DNA of 32,000 nt from Ostreococcus tauri (Eukaryota), in NCBI GenBank assembly GCA_000214015.2, contig CAID01000011.2, positions 253,719 to 285,718 on the forward strand, given 5' to 3'. A program made the position numbers and the translations under genes. Shown piece by piece: positions 23,909-32,000 of this stretch; the first letter of the stretch is position 1; each line of letters opens with the position of its first letter. The notes beneath the pieces are model-generated. The model had not been told where the DNA came from. It searched no databases and was given only the letters and a program-made list of their open reading frames with translations.

Positions 23909-25390
23909 ATGGCGCCGCGGGCGAAGCGTCAGCGTCAGCGCGCCGATCCCGACGTCGAGGCGTCGGGTGACGACGATGATGCGATTCGAGAGACGATGTC
24001 GAAATCATCATCATCGTCATCATCGATGACGCCGCCGTCGCAGTGCCCGTACCTGGACTCGATATCGCTCTCGAATCTGGACTTTGACTTTGAGAAGCGG
24101 TGCTCGATATCGTTGTCCCCGGTGCACGTCTACGCGTGCCTGACGTGCGGGAAATACTTTGCGGGACGCGGACCGAGGACGCGCGCGTACGAGCACGCGC
24201 TCGAGCGCGGACATCACGTGTACATGCACCTGGATCAGGGCACGACGTGGTGCTTGCCGGATGGCTACAGAATCGGTCCGGAGGAGTCCAACGCGACGCT
24301 GAAGCGGATTAAGGACGTATTGCGACCGAGGTACGACGAAGAGAGAGTGAGCGAATTGGAAACGGGCGGACCGCAGTGGCGACGCGCGCTCGACGGGACG
24401 GATTTCTTGGTCGGCGTCACGGGTTTGAATAATATTTGGCAATCTAACGGGCGGGACGACGGGATGAACGCCGTGGTGCAGGCGCTCGCGCGCGTGGGGC
24501 CGTTGCGCAGAGCGCTGTTGTTACGCGAGGAGGACGAGCTGAACGCGCGACGAGGTCATCACCAGACGTCTTTATTCTCCGCCTTGGCCAATCTCATGAA
24601 GAAGATGTGGAACGCGAAAAACTTCAAGGGCCACAGCAGCCCGCACGAGTTCTTACAAGCGGTGCGCAAGCAGTCGAAGGAGATGTTCGGAGGCGTCAAA
24701 GCGTCAAAGACGGCGGCGACGCGCCCGGACGCGATGCAATTCTTACGTTGGATGTTGAACGAGTTGATTCGTGAGGAGAAGAAAGACATCGCGAAGAACG
24801 CATCGTTGTCGGGAGACATCTCCTCCGTCGTCGAGGCGTGCTTTCAGGGTGAAGTCGAAATCGTTCCCGAAGGCGATCCCGACCTCGCCGCCTCGTCGGC
24901 GCCTAGAAAGACGTCCAAATTTCTCATGCTCTCCATGGATCTCCCAGCCGCGCCGCTGTTTCAAGACGTGATGGAGAAGAAGATCATTCCTCAAGTTTCG
25001 CTCGAGCGGCAGCTCCTGAAAAAATTCGATGGAACAAAGTTTAGGATCACCAAGCTTCCCGAGTACCTCATCGTGACGTACTCGCGATTCACGAAGAATA
25101 ACTTCTTCGTCGAGAAGAACCCGACAATCGTGACGTTTCCGACGCGCGGATTGAACATTGCCGATCATGTACCGATCGACGACGTGAAGGGTTCGACGAC
25201 GTACGATCTCATCGCGAACATCGTGCACGACGGAACTCCGGACGAGGGATCGTATCGCTCCATGGTGTACCACGCGTCGGATAAAAATTGGTACGAGACG
25301 CAGGATTTACGCGTCTCCGAGGTGCTCCCGCAGCAGGTGAGCCTCACGGAAACGTACGTGCAAATCTACCAGCGACGCGACGGAAAGTGA
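23909..25390 (+). CDS. USP39: U4/U6.U5 tri-snRNP-associated protein 2 (USP39/Sad1), catalytically inactive USP
   Basis: The ZnF-UBP reads CPYLDSISLSNLDFDFEKRCSISLSPVHVYACLTCGKYFAGRG...HALERGHHVYMHL. It is followed by a USP fold whose Cys-box reads GVTGLNNIWQSNGRDDGMNAVVQAL, with no catalytic Cys, as in USP39. The start was chosen at MAPRAKRQRQ (23909); the track start is 23771. Confidence 0.88.
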   Translation: MAPRAKRQRQRADPDVEASGDDDDAIRETMSKSSSSSSSMTPPSQCPYLDSISLSNLDFDFEKRCSISLSPVHVYACLTCGKYFAGRGPRTRAYEHALERGHHVYMHLDQGTTWCLPDGYRIGPEESNATLKRIKDVLRPRYDEERVSELETGGPQWRRALDGTDFLVGVTGLNNIWQSNGRDDGMNAVVQALARVGPLRRALLLREEDELNARRGHHQTSLFSALANLMKKMWNAKNFKGHSSPHEFLQAVRKQSKEMFGGVKASKTAATRPDAMQFLRWMLNELIREEKKDIAKNASLSGDISSVVEACFQGEVEIVPEGDPDLAASSAPRKTSKFLMLSMDLPAAPLFQDVMEKKIIPQVSLERQLLKKFDGTKFRITKLPEYLIVTYSRFTKNNFFVEKNPTIVTFPTRGLNIADHVPIDDVKGSTTYDLIANIVHDGTPDEGSYRSMVYHASDKNWYETQDLRVSEVLPQQVSLTETYVQIYQRRDGK

Positions 25391-25414
25391 TCAGAAAAAG
25401 ACTTGGTCGTAGAT

Positions 25415-25419
25415 TTACA
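25415..25419 (-). promoter_or_regulatory. TGTAA putative poly(A) signal (minus strand)
   Basis: The + strand reads ttaca, 20 nt after the stop of the IMP-like gene. Confidence 0.4.
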
Positions 25420-25439
25420 AGCACTAGTGTATTCTATCG

Positions 25440-26114
25440 TCAATCGTACCCGAGCGTCTCCAGCGCCCGCTCGAGCTCAGCCTCGAGGACGGGCGCGTCC
25501 GCGACTCGCGCGAGCTCGCTGTTCTCCACCGCCCCGTGATCAGCCGCGCTTCTCAACGAATAAATTACTCGCCACTCTAGCGACCGCGCGTGCACCGGAC
25601 CGAACGACCTCGAGTCCTCGTGTCGCCCCTTCTTCCCAACCACCTCCCCGTCCGCGTCCGCATCCGCGGTCACCCACGCGTGATCCTTTGGCACCACGTA
25701 CACGCTCGCGTTCGTCACGTCCACCAACTCATCGCCCTCCAACGCGCTCACTCTTCGCACGAGCGTTCGCGAATCTCCGCTCGGGTGCGCGAACGCGACG
25801 ACGTCCCCGACGCGCGCGCTTCGAAACGGATGCGCCAATCGACGCGTCAGTAAGTATTCTTTCTCTCCCAGCGACGAACCCGCGCTCTTCCCCCTCGCGT
25901 CGTTCGTCGAGCCCAGCGACGGCTTCATGGCGCCACCGCGAAACTCAAAGATCCGCGTCATGGCGTCCTCGCTCGCCGCTCGCACCGCCTCCGCGAGCGG
26001 CGTCGCGGGCGTTCTGTGCGTCGCGCTCGAGCTCGCGCGGTTCGTCGACGTCGGGTCGTCCGCGGCGTCGTCCACGGCGTCTTGGGCGGTGACGGAGAGC
26101 GGTGACGACGACGA

Positions 26115-26149
<35 letters not shown>

Positions 26150-26327
26150 CGCTGGACGAACCGACGGCGCGGGAGGACGTGGCGGCGACGAGGGTCGGAA
26201 GAAACAGCGTCATGATTCGTTCCCACTGGTAGGAGAGCCTGAGGGCGGAGGGTGCCATGTCGGCGCGCGTGGAGAGGCGGAGAGTGCGGAACGCGCGGAG
26301 CGCCGCGACGCGGATGGTTAGTTTCAC
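25440..26327 (-). CDS. Signal peptidase I (S26) / mitochondrial inner membrane protease-like protein lacking the catalytic dyad
   Basis: 295-aa ORF. The S26 boxes are recognisable in order: GGAMKPSL (box B), VGDVVAFAHP (C), LVRRVSALEGDEL (D) and VPKDHAWVTADADAD...HEDSRSFGPV (E). A poly-Ser run lies N-terminal of the domain. Alternative starts are 26258 (MAPSAL) and 26213 (MTLFLP). Confidence 0.7.
26104..26145. repeat. (GAC)14 microsatellite (one GAT), encodes poly-Ser on the minus strand
   Basis: Read directly from the sequence. It lies inside the IMP-like CDS. Confidence 0.9.
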
Positions 26328-26344
26328 GACGTTAGACGATGGCG

Positions 26345-26349
26345 TTACA
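26345..26349 (-). promoter_or_regulatory. TGTAA putative poly(A) signal (minus strand)
   Basis: The + strand reads ttaca, 33 nt after the GT10 stop and 18-22 nt upstream of the first ATG of the IMP-like ORF. Confidence 0.4.
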
Positions 26350-26382
26350 ATTAATTGTCCATCCTAGGTGCGTGACTACGTT

Positions 26383-28518
26383 CTATGCATCCTTGGTCTT
26401 TTGCGATGCGGTCGTCGTGTTGGTTTGCGACGGCTCAGTCGTCGGTCGCGGCGAAGCGTTCGCCGGTTGCGGTTGCTGTTGCTGTTTGCTCTTGGGTGGG
26501 ATCCACTCCTCGAGTCCGTGCCAAATCCTCGGGGTCGTTGACTGCTTCGGCTCTGTGTTCGGCTTTTGCGGAGTTGCCTTGACCGGTTGCGCCGCCGGCT
26601 TTTGCTGCGGCGTCGTGGCCTTGGGCGCTTGAGCCTTCGCCGCCGTCGTCTGCTGTGCCTTCGGTGTTTCAACCGCGGGTTGATTATCGCCCTTGCCCTT
26701 TGCCAGTTTCTCGTGCTGCTCCGTCTGAACCACCACCTTGCCCGGAGCGTCGGCACGATTCATCACTCCTGCAACCTTCATCGCGTGGTCTTTGAGTCTG
26801 TAGCATCGATCGCCTCGAGGACCCTGTCGTCGCCTCGGGGAGCCGGCGCCATTTTCGATGTCGTCTTGCTCGGGGCGGTTGATAGTTTTCCTGCTCGCGC
26901 AGTCCAGCTCGTCGAGGAAATCGAGTGCGTTGCGCAGACCTAGATTGGAGCCCTTGCCGGTGCGGAACCCCTGGCCGGCTATTCTACCGAGAATCTTTGT
27001 CTGGTAACCGACGCAACCCCCCTGTGACTTCGCCGTGGGAAACTCACTCGGTCCCTTTTGTAAAATCGCACACAACCCAACCTTGATATCGCTACTCATC
27101 ACTCGCAACAGCTGGCGGAATCCTGGTTGCCACGTCTTTGGATGCTGATATCGCCAATCGGTGTACTCGCGATACCTGGTCTCGTTTCGCGCTATCAACG
27201 CCAATTCGTGAACCAACGAGTCGACGTCTGGATACTGCGTGAGATCAATGAAGGATTTCTTCGACGGCATCAGCTCTCGCATGCTATCCGTGGCGGCGTA
27301 AATCGGAATTGATCCTCGTTGAAGCGCCAACCAAATCTTCTCCGTCATGTATCCCTCGCACAGCGGCGCGTTCTCCATGGCGAAGTAGAACATAAGATTG
27401 GCCATACTCATCTGATAGTCTAAGTTGTCGATGCCCCGACCTGGAAGCTTGGCCGGCTTCATCGCGTTGTTCGCGCACGAGCCCATCGAAAAGACGGGAA
27501 AGCGCTGAGAAATCTCCCAGAGAATGGCGGGTCGCGGCGGAAGGCAGTCGATCGCGATCCAAGCCACCCCAGGAGTTCTCCGACTGTGTGGGATCGTGTA
27601 CGCTGGAAAACTCTCCGTCATAGAGTTCAGCGTCGGGCCGAATGGCCACCAAAACGCCGAGCGCGTTCTGTCAAAGTACCCAATGTAGTCAAACTTCTTC
27701 ATCAGGTGGTCCTTCCTCAGCTCGCCCCCGAACGTTCCCGCGGCCTCGTGTGCGAAGTACAGATCGATTTGTCCATCATTCACCTTATCAGGCTTGTTGA
27801 ACTCGCCGTGCGGACCTTTGTGTGCGCCGCGCCAAAGGTAGGCCGACTGACTGAAGACGCGCACGTCCGCTCGGCGGCTCTCGATCGAATTGTCGCAGTT
27901 CCCCGTGACGACGTTCTCAAAGCACGATCCCGGCTCGAAAAGCGCACCGAACCCCTTGGTATACGTCGAATCCCACGCATCTCGAGCGATGTCCACGCAC
28001 AGCGTGAATCCCGTTTTAGATTTCGTCACCGCCGGCGGGTGCGCGTACTCGGTCACGTTCATTCTCGGATCGTACCCGTGAAACGCGTCCGGAAGGTACG
28101 CGTGCCGAACGGGATCCATCGCCGCCGCCACCGCGAGTGGATCGACCCTCCCCTCCGCGTTGTGACTGTACGCCTTGGCCACCGCCGCGATCTTCGGCTT
28201 GCCGTTCGCGTTCGCGCTCGGCGCGCCGAGCGCGCTCCGCGCCCCGCCCGCGCCCCCCCCTCGCGCCACCACCGCGCTCACCGCGACGCCCGCGAGGGCG
28301 ACGACACCGATCACGCCTCGCATCGTCATTCTCCCCCCCGCACCGTCGTCCGCCCGCGCGCATCGCTCGCCCGTCGTCGACGTCGTCGTCGTCCCGTCCC
28401 CGCCGAGCTCTTCGTCCGCGTCGCCGTCGCGCGTCACCGTCGCCGACGCGCGCGCCGCATCGCACGCGCGCTCGCGCAGGAGCGGCGCGCGCTCGCGCGT
28501 GGGCGTCCACGCGCGCAT
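26383..28518 (-). CDS. Glycosyltransferase family 10 (alpha-1,3/4-fucosyltransferase-like), type II membrane protein with Pro/Gln/Thr-rich C-terminal tail
   Basis: The GT10 signature is LMFYFAMENAPLCEGYMTEKIWLALQRGSIPIY, compared with FYLAFENS..DYVTEKFW as recalled. The signal anchor is MTMRGVIGVVALAGVAVSAVVA. The track start at 28707 lies inside the tandem repeat. Plausible starts are 28518 (MRAWTP) or 28329 (MTMRG). Confidence 0.8.
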   Translation of the reverse strand: MRAWTPTRERAPLLRERACDAARASATVTRDGDADEELGGDGTTTTSTTGERCARADDGAGGRMTMRGVIGVVALAGVAVSAVVARGGGAGGARSALGAPSANANGKPKIAAVAKAYSHNAEGRVDPLAVAAAMDPVRHAYLPDAFHGYDPRMNVTEYAHPPAVTKSKTGFTLCVDIARDAWDSTYTKGFGALFEPGSCFENVVTGNCDNSIESRRADVRVFSQSAYLWRGAHKGPHGEFNKPDKVNDGQIDLYFAHEAAGTFGGELRKDHLMKKFDYIGYFDRTRSAFWWPFGPTLNSMTESFPAYTIPHSRRTPGVAWIAIDCLPPRPAILWEISQRFPVFSMGSCANNAMKPAKLPGRGIDNLDYQMSMANLMFYFAMENAPLCEGYMTEKIWLALQRGSIPIYAATDSMRELMPSKKSFIDLTQYPDVDSLVHELALIARNETRYREYTDWRYQHPKTWQPGFRQLLRVMSSDIKVGLCAILQKGPSEFPTAKSQGGCVGYQTKILGRIAGQGFRTGKGSNLGLRNALDFLDELDCASRKTINRPEQDDIENGAGSPRRRQGPRGDRCYRLKDHAMKVAGVMNRADAPGKVVVQTEQHEKLAKGKGDNQPAVETPKAQQTTAAKAQAPKATTPQQKPAAQPVKATPQKPNTEPKQSTTPRIWHGLEEWIPPKSKQQQQPQPANASPRPTTEPSQTNTTTASQKTKDA

Positions 28519-28617
28519 GGTGAGCGACGCGCCGCGAGGACGTCGTCGCCGTGTGCGGGCGACGCGCCATCGCGCGCATGGTGTTGGCGCGACCGCGCGG
28601 TGGTGTACACATCGAAT

Positions 28618-28978
28618 TACAGAAGACTTGTGTACGTATGTGGTTATCGTATTGGAGTTGTACATAGCTCTCAATAATCGCCGACTGCGACGCCTTCGTG
28701 TATACATGGTATTTCAGACGCCTTTCGTACGTATGAATACACAGTATTGGAGATGTACATAGATCTAAATAATCGCCGACTGTGACGCCTTCGTGTATAC
28801 ATGGTATTTCAGACGCCTTTCGTACGCATACATACATCGTATTGGAGATGTACATAGATGTAAATAATCGCCGACTGTGACGCCTTCGTGTATACATGGT
28901 ATTTCAGACGCCTTTCGTACGCATACATACATCGTATTGGAGATGTACATAGATGACAATAATCGCCGACCGTGACGA
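28618..28978. repeat. 95-bp tandem repeat (minisatellite), about 3.8 copies, AT-rich
   Basis: AATAATCG unit starts lie at 28673, 28768, 28863 and 28958, an exact period of 95. Copies 2 and 3 differ only in their last three bases (gta vs gac). A degenerate half copy lies upstream (28618-28672) and a truncated copy downstream. A sample line at 28741 counts 25/60 G+C. Confidence 0.92.
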
Positions 28979-29009
28979 CCATCGCGCGCGACGGGTCGAC
29001 GCGCGCGCG

Positions 29010-30377
29010 ATGGCGCGACGGACGCGCGACGTCGCGGCCGTGGCCCGATGGTCGCCCGCGCGTCGACGTCTTCCGCGCCTCGCGCGCGCGCGTGGACGGC
29101 GACGGGTCGACGCGCGCGTGGACGCGCCGGACGATGACTCGGCCGCGACGTCGCAATTCTTGCGACTGGTGCGAGATGACGAGGATGGGACGTGGGCGTT
29201 ACAGAGCGCCACCGTGACGCTGCGCCCGCGATTGGGCGCGCGCGCGACCGCGTCGACGTCGGGAAGGGGAAGAGAGCTCAAGGTGTGCGCGCTGGTGCAT
29301 TACGGGGGAGAGGAGTATTACAGAGGCGTCTCGCGCGACTTCGCGGCGCGCGAACGCGAGGGTGCGGCGACGCTGGTGGAGTTGATCACGTCGAGGGCGA
29401 ATTTGATCGATGGAAGCGTGGATGGGCGTGGGGTTAAATTGTTCAGGTTGGGGACGGAGTTGGGGCCGACGGCGGAGGCGAAGGCGCTGGCGGCGGCGCA
29501 CGGATTATCGGCGCAGTTGGACGTCTTGGACGCGCGAGAGAACGGATGGTTCATCGCAGACGTCACGCGAGAGGAATTGATCGCGCTTCGCGAGGAGGCG
29601 GGAGAGCTCGCCGGGGGTGGCGGGAAGGCGAAGACGGCGGTGGCGACGCTGCCGCCGGCGCTGGAGGCGATGGCGGTGACGGCGTTTGGACGCTCAGGCG
29701 CGAGAGATCCCGCGAGGTTGTTCACGCGATTGAGCTGTTGGCTCGTGCCGTGTCCCGAGGCTCACTTGCTGTTGCTCGATTGGGTATGGGCCGGCGGACG
29801 GCCGTCCAACGTCTTGGGCGCCATGGTGGACTGTTGCGCGAACGGCGATTTGCTCTCGGCGCGCAGGTTAGCATTCGCGCAGATGATCGTCAGCGCGCAG
29901 GCGCGCGGACCCGCCGGCGGTGGGTCGGATGAACCAGTTCTCGTCGCTCGACGAAACGATGTCGCGATCGACGGGGTGAGGAAAGCGTTCAACGCCCCCG
30001 AAATCGATCGCGTCAACCTCTTGTACGGAGGTTTGCACGCGCCCGGATTAGTCAAATGCGCCCGCGATAAGTTAGACATGGACGTCGTCGACGTCGAGTG
30101 GCGAGACGCCTGGAGAGTTCGCCCGCCAGCGAACGCATCGCCCCTTCGTTACGCCATCATCCCGCTTCTTCTCGGGATAGACGGCACGGATTGGGCGCAG
30201 ACGCTCCACGACGCCGTCGTCCTCGGCCCGCGCGCCGGCGTCCTCTCCGTCTTCCTCTACATCGTCCGCCACGGCGCGCTGTACTACGCCCTCGGTAAGT
30301 GGCTCCTCGAGTGGAACCGCCAATTATTCGACGCCGACGTCGGGCCTTCGCCCGCTAGCGTCGATAGGACCGCGTAG
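29010..30377 (+). CDS. Hypothetical protein with Arg/Ala-rich transit-like N-terminus and hydrophobic C-terminal segments
   Basis: 455 aa counted from the ATG at 29010; the track start at 28953 lies in the repeat. I recognise no family. The C-terminus has hydrophobic stretches (LRYAIIPLLLGI, AGVLSVFLYIVRHGALYYALGKWLL). The long non-low-complexity ORF supports coding. Confidence 0.6.
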   Translation: MARRTRDVAAVARWSPARRRLPRLARARGRRRVDARVDAPDDDSAATSQFLRLVRDDEDGTWALQSATVTLRPRLGARATASTSGRGRELKVCALVHYGGEEYYRGVSRDFAAREREGAATLVELITSRANLIDGSVDGRGVKLFRLGTELGPTAEAKALAAAHGLSAQLDVLDARENGWFIADVTREELIALREEAGELAGGGGKAKTAVATLPPALEAMAVTAFGRSGARDPARLFTRLSCWLVPCPEAHLLLLDWVWAGGRPSNVLGAMVDCCANGDLLSARRLAFAQMIVSAQARGPAGGGSDEPVLVARRNDVAIDGVRKAFNAPEIDRVNLLYGGLHAPGLVKCARDKLDMDVVDVEWRDAWRVRPPANASPLRYAIIPLLLGIDGTDWAQTLHDAVVLGPRAGVLSVFLYIVRHGALYYALGKWLLEWNRQLFDADVGPSPASVDRTA

Positions 30378-30440
30378 CTCTTTGATCCATCATCGGAACG
30401 ACGCACCTCAGCCAACGCCCACGCCCGCGCCCCGCACACC

Positions 30441-30812
30441 ATGACTCCACCGCCCTCGCTACCTCGAAACCTGGACCTCGAGCGTGACGTCATCACCGCC
30501 CTCAAGCGCGACGGTGCCCTCGACGCGTTGCGCGCGAAGACGATCGAACAGATCGCGAACGACGAACGGATGAAGACGTTCACCGAGTTCGCCGTCAGAG
30601 GTTCTTCAACTTTACGAAGCGAACGCGCGAGAGCGGCGTCGAGGAACGAGCTCATCGAGGCGCTCTATCGCGAGTGCGAGGGAAGCGTTTTGGAGGAGGC
30701 GCGGACGCGGACGTGGGAGGCGTTGACGACGACGGCGGAGGGCGTCGGGAGAGAGGCGTACGAGCGGGCGTTCGAGCGAGCGGCAAAGGAGCGCGAGCGC
30801 GGAGGATCGTAG
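30441..30812 (+). CDS. Small helical protein, possibly BOD1/COMPASS-Shg1-like
   Basis: 123-aa ORF. DVITALKRDGALDALRAKTIEQIANDERMKTF and the following helices loosely match the BOD1/Shg1 pattern as recalled ([22 protein letters not shown]). The family call is weak. Confidence 0.45.
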   Translation: MTPPPSLPRNLDLERDVITALKRDGALDALRAKTIEQIANDERMKTFTEFAVRGSSTLRSERARAASRNELIEALYRECEGSVLEEARTRTWEALTTTAEGVGREAYERAFERAAKERERGGS

Positions 30813-30837
30813 TCAAGGTTTTCGAAGGCGATTGGTG

Positions 30838-30842
30838 TGTAA
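30838..30842 (+). promoter_or_regulatory. TGTAA putative poly(A) signal
   Basis: TGTAA lies 25 nt after the stop of the 30441-30812 ORF. Confidence 0.4.
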
Positions 30843-30883
30843 TGTACAACAGATTAGATGTGAACGAATGATCGCGCGTCTGT

Positions 30884-32000
30884 TCACCCCGGGGCGGTTC
30901 GTCGGAGGCGAGCGCTGGCGATGAGGAGGACGACGGCGACGCCGCCGGCGATTGCGGCGAGCGCGGCGAAGAATGCGCTCGGAGTGGAGAACTCGGGGTA
31001 GGTGGAGCCCAAGATGCCGCTGAAGTAGTTCCCGAAGAAGGACGAACCGAACCACAGACCGATGAGGGCGCTGAGTAAGCCGTGCGGGGCGATTTTAGAC
31101 ACGTACGAGAGGGCAACCGGCAAGGAGAAGAGCTCTCCAAGGGTGAGAAGCATCTGGGTCAGGACGATCCAGAGTACGCTCACTCGCATTGGTGAGGCAT
31201 GGGAATCGATCGGAAGGGCGCCAAACATGAGAACCACGAACGACATCGCAAGAAGAGCGCACCCGATGGCGAATTTCGTCATCTGATGCGGCTCAGCGTC
31301 TCGTCGAGCCTGCCAATCCCACAGACGTGTCACCGCCGGCGTGAATACGAGCACGAAGAGTGGGTTCAATGCAGCGACAAACTCGGTCGGTAAGCCGTGC
31401 AGATCGACGTGCTCGTCGGAAAAGAGCATCATCGTGCTCCCTTGTTGCTCGTACACTACCGAGAACCCGACACCCGCGGCGCAGACGGCGCCGACGGCGA
31501 GCATGGCGCTCGGGTTTCTTTGCGCCACCCGCGACATCTCTCTGAGCTTGGCGCCAAATCCGTCGGGAGATTCTTCGTCAGACGCCTCGTCATCGTCGAG
31601 CGTCGCACCGCCAAACTCCTCGTCATCGTTATTTCGATCGACGCTACGCTCCCTATCCTTGATCACCGTTGCCTCTTTCACTAGCTTTCGATTCGACGCG
31701 TAAATTACGAGCGCGCAACACATGCCTACCGCCGCGCTCGCAAACGCGGCTTCGTATCCGAAGTACACCCGCACCGTTCCCGCGATCAAGGGCGAGAAGA
31801 ACCCCCCCACGTTGATGCAAAAGTAAAAGATACTGAATCCCGCGTCCCTACGAGGATCGCTCGCGTCGTACAGCGCGCTCAACTGCGTCGACATTGAAGG
31901 CTTGAACGCTCCGTTGCCCACACACACGGCTAACATGCCGAGTAAAAACGCCCACTCCGTCGCCATCCCCGCGTACCCAACCGCCATAACCGTTGCACCG
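30884..32000 (-). CDS. Proton-dependent oligopeptide transporter (POT/PTR2 family), N-terminus outside the window
   Basis: The POT signatures are GNGAFKPSMSTQLSALYD (GxGxxKPN-like) and FSIFYFCINVGGFFSPLIAG (FYxxINxG). Multiple TM helices and an acidic central loop are present. The frame remains open from 31987 to the window end at 32000. Confidence 0.85.
   Translation of the reverse strand, partial: GATVMAVGYAGMATEWAFLLGMLAVCVGNGAFKPSMSTQLSALYDASDPRRDAGFSIFYFCINVGGFFSPLIAGTVRVYFGYEAAFASAAVGMCCALVIYASNRKLVKEATVIKDRERSVDRNNDDEEFGGATLDDDEASDEESPDGFGAKLREMSRVAQRNPSAMLAVGAVCAAGVGFSVVYEQQGSTMMLFSDEHVDLHGLPTEFVAALNPLFVLVFTPAVTRLWDWQARRDAEPHQMTKFAIGCALLAMSFVVLMFGALPIDSHASPMRVSVLWIVLTQMLLTLGELFSLPVALSYVSKIAPHGLLSALIGLWFGSSFFGNYFSGILGSTYPEFSTPSAFFAALAAIAGGVAVVLLIASARLRRTAPG

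Noticed and set aside
27586-28677. 363-aa + strand ORF antisense to the GT10 gene
   Set aside because: It is Arg-rich low complexity opposite a CDS with the GT10 signature.
28618-28978. CRISPR array or snoRNA cluster interpretation of the 95-bp repeats
   Set aside because: The units are contiguous with no unique spacers, and the context is eukaryotic. Neither strand of the unit has a C box (RUGAUGA) paired with a terminal D box (CUGA).
28519-29009. ORFs starting MYTRRR.../MSSMYISNT... (28016-28897, 28765-28959, 28809-29156) and the first 19-63 codons of the flanking genes
   Set aside because: They arise from reading through the 95-bp tandem repeat. The repeated peptide is a by-product of the DNA repeat, and the starts of both flanking genes are better placed outside the array.
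1-32000. Prokaryotic defence-system or operon interpretation of the window
   Set aside because: The gene content is unmistakably eukaryotic: WAPL, POLA2, USP39, CSA and TLDc, pol III tRNA genes with T-run terminators, and TGTAA 3' signals. Neighbouring genes are functionally unrelated and not operonic.

Overview
This is GC-rich, very gene-dense and apparently intron-poor eukaryotic nuclear DNA. Hand-counted 60-nt lines give 63-75% G+C in ordinary genes. The gene content is sterol 14-demethylase CYP51, galactolipid synthase DGD1, CSA/ERCC8, a WAPL-like protein, DNA polymerase alpha subunit B, USP39/Sad1, organellar uS9, a TLDc protein, a GT10 fucosyltransferase and a POT transporter. Together with TTTAGGG-type telomere motifs and a recurrent TGTAA motif after stop codons, this points to a picoplanktonic green alga (Mamiellophyceae, Micromonas-like); that assignment is inference, not a search result. 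I call 21 protein-coding genes, with the first and last cut or possibly cut by the window edges, and 2 tRNA genes (Trp-CCA on +, Glu-UUC on -). Both tRNAs have pol III T-run terminators. There are also several micro- and minisatellites. Many long ORFs in the track are antisense or 5'-extension artefacts of stop-poor GC-rich DNA and were rejected. The most interesting region is a compositionally deviant island of about 3.8 kb (20061-23908; sampled lines 45-50% G+C). It contains interstitial telomere-like repeats, an A19 tract bracketed by a perfect 19-bp direct repeat, an orphan ORF joining a GIY-YIG nuclease-like core to three tandem Cys4 zinc-ribbon modules, a stand-alone SWIM-finger ORF resembling only the tail of a Mutator-like transposase, and a tRNA-Glu boundary. 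Other items worth a second look are a signal-peptidase (IMP-like) homologue with both catalytic dyad residues replaced, a bacterial-type UDP-galactopyranose mutase, and a 95-bp AT-rich tandem repeat filling a bidirectional promoter. All homology statements come from reading the translations against remembered family signatures. No database search was possible, and coordinates were derived by hand.
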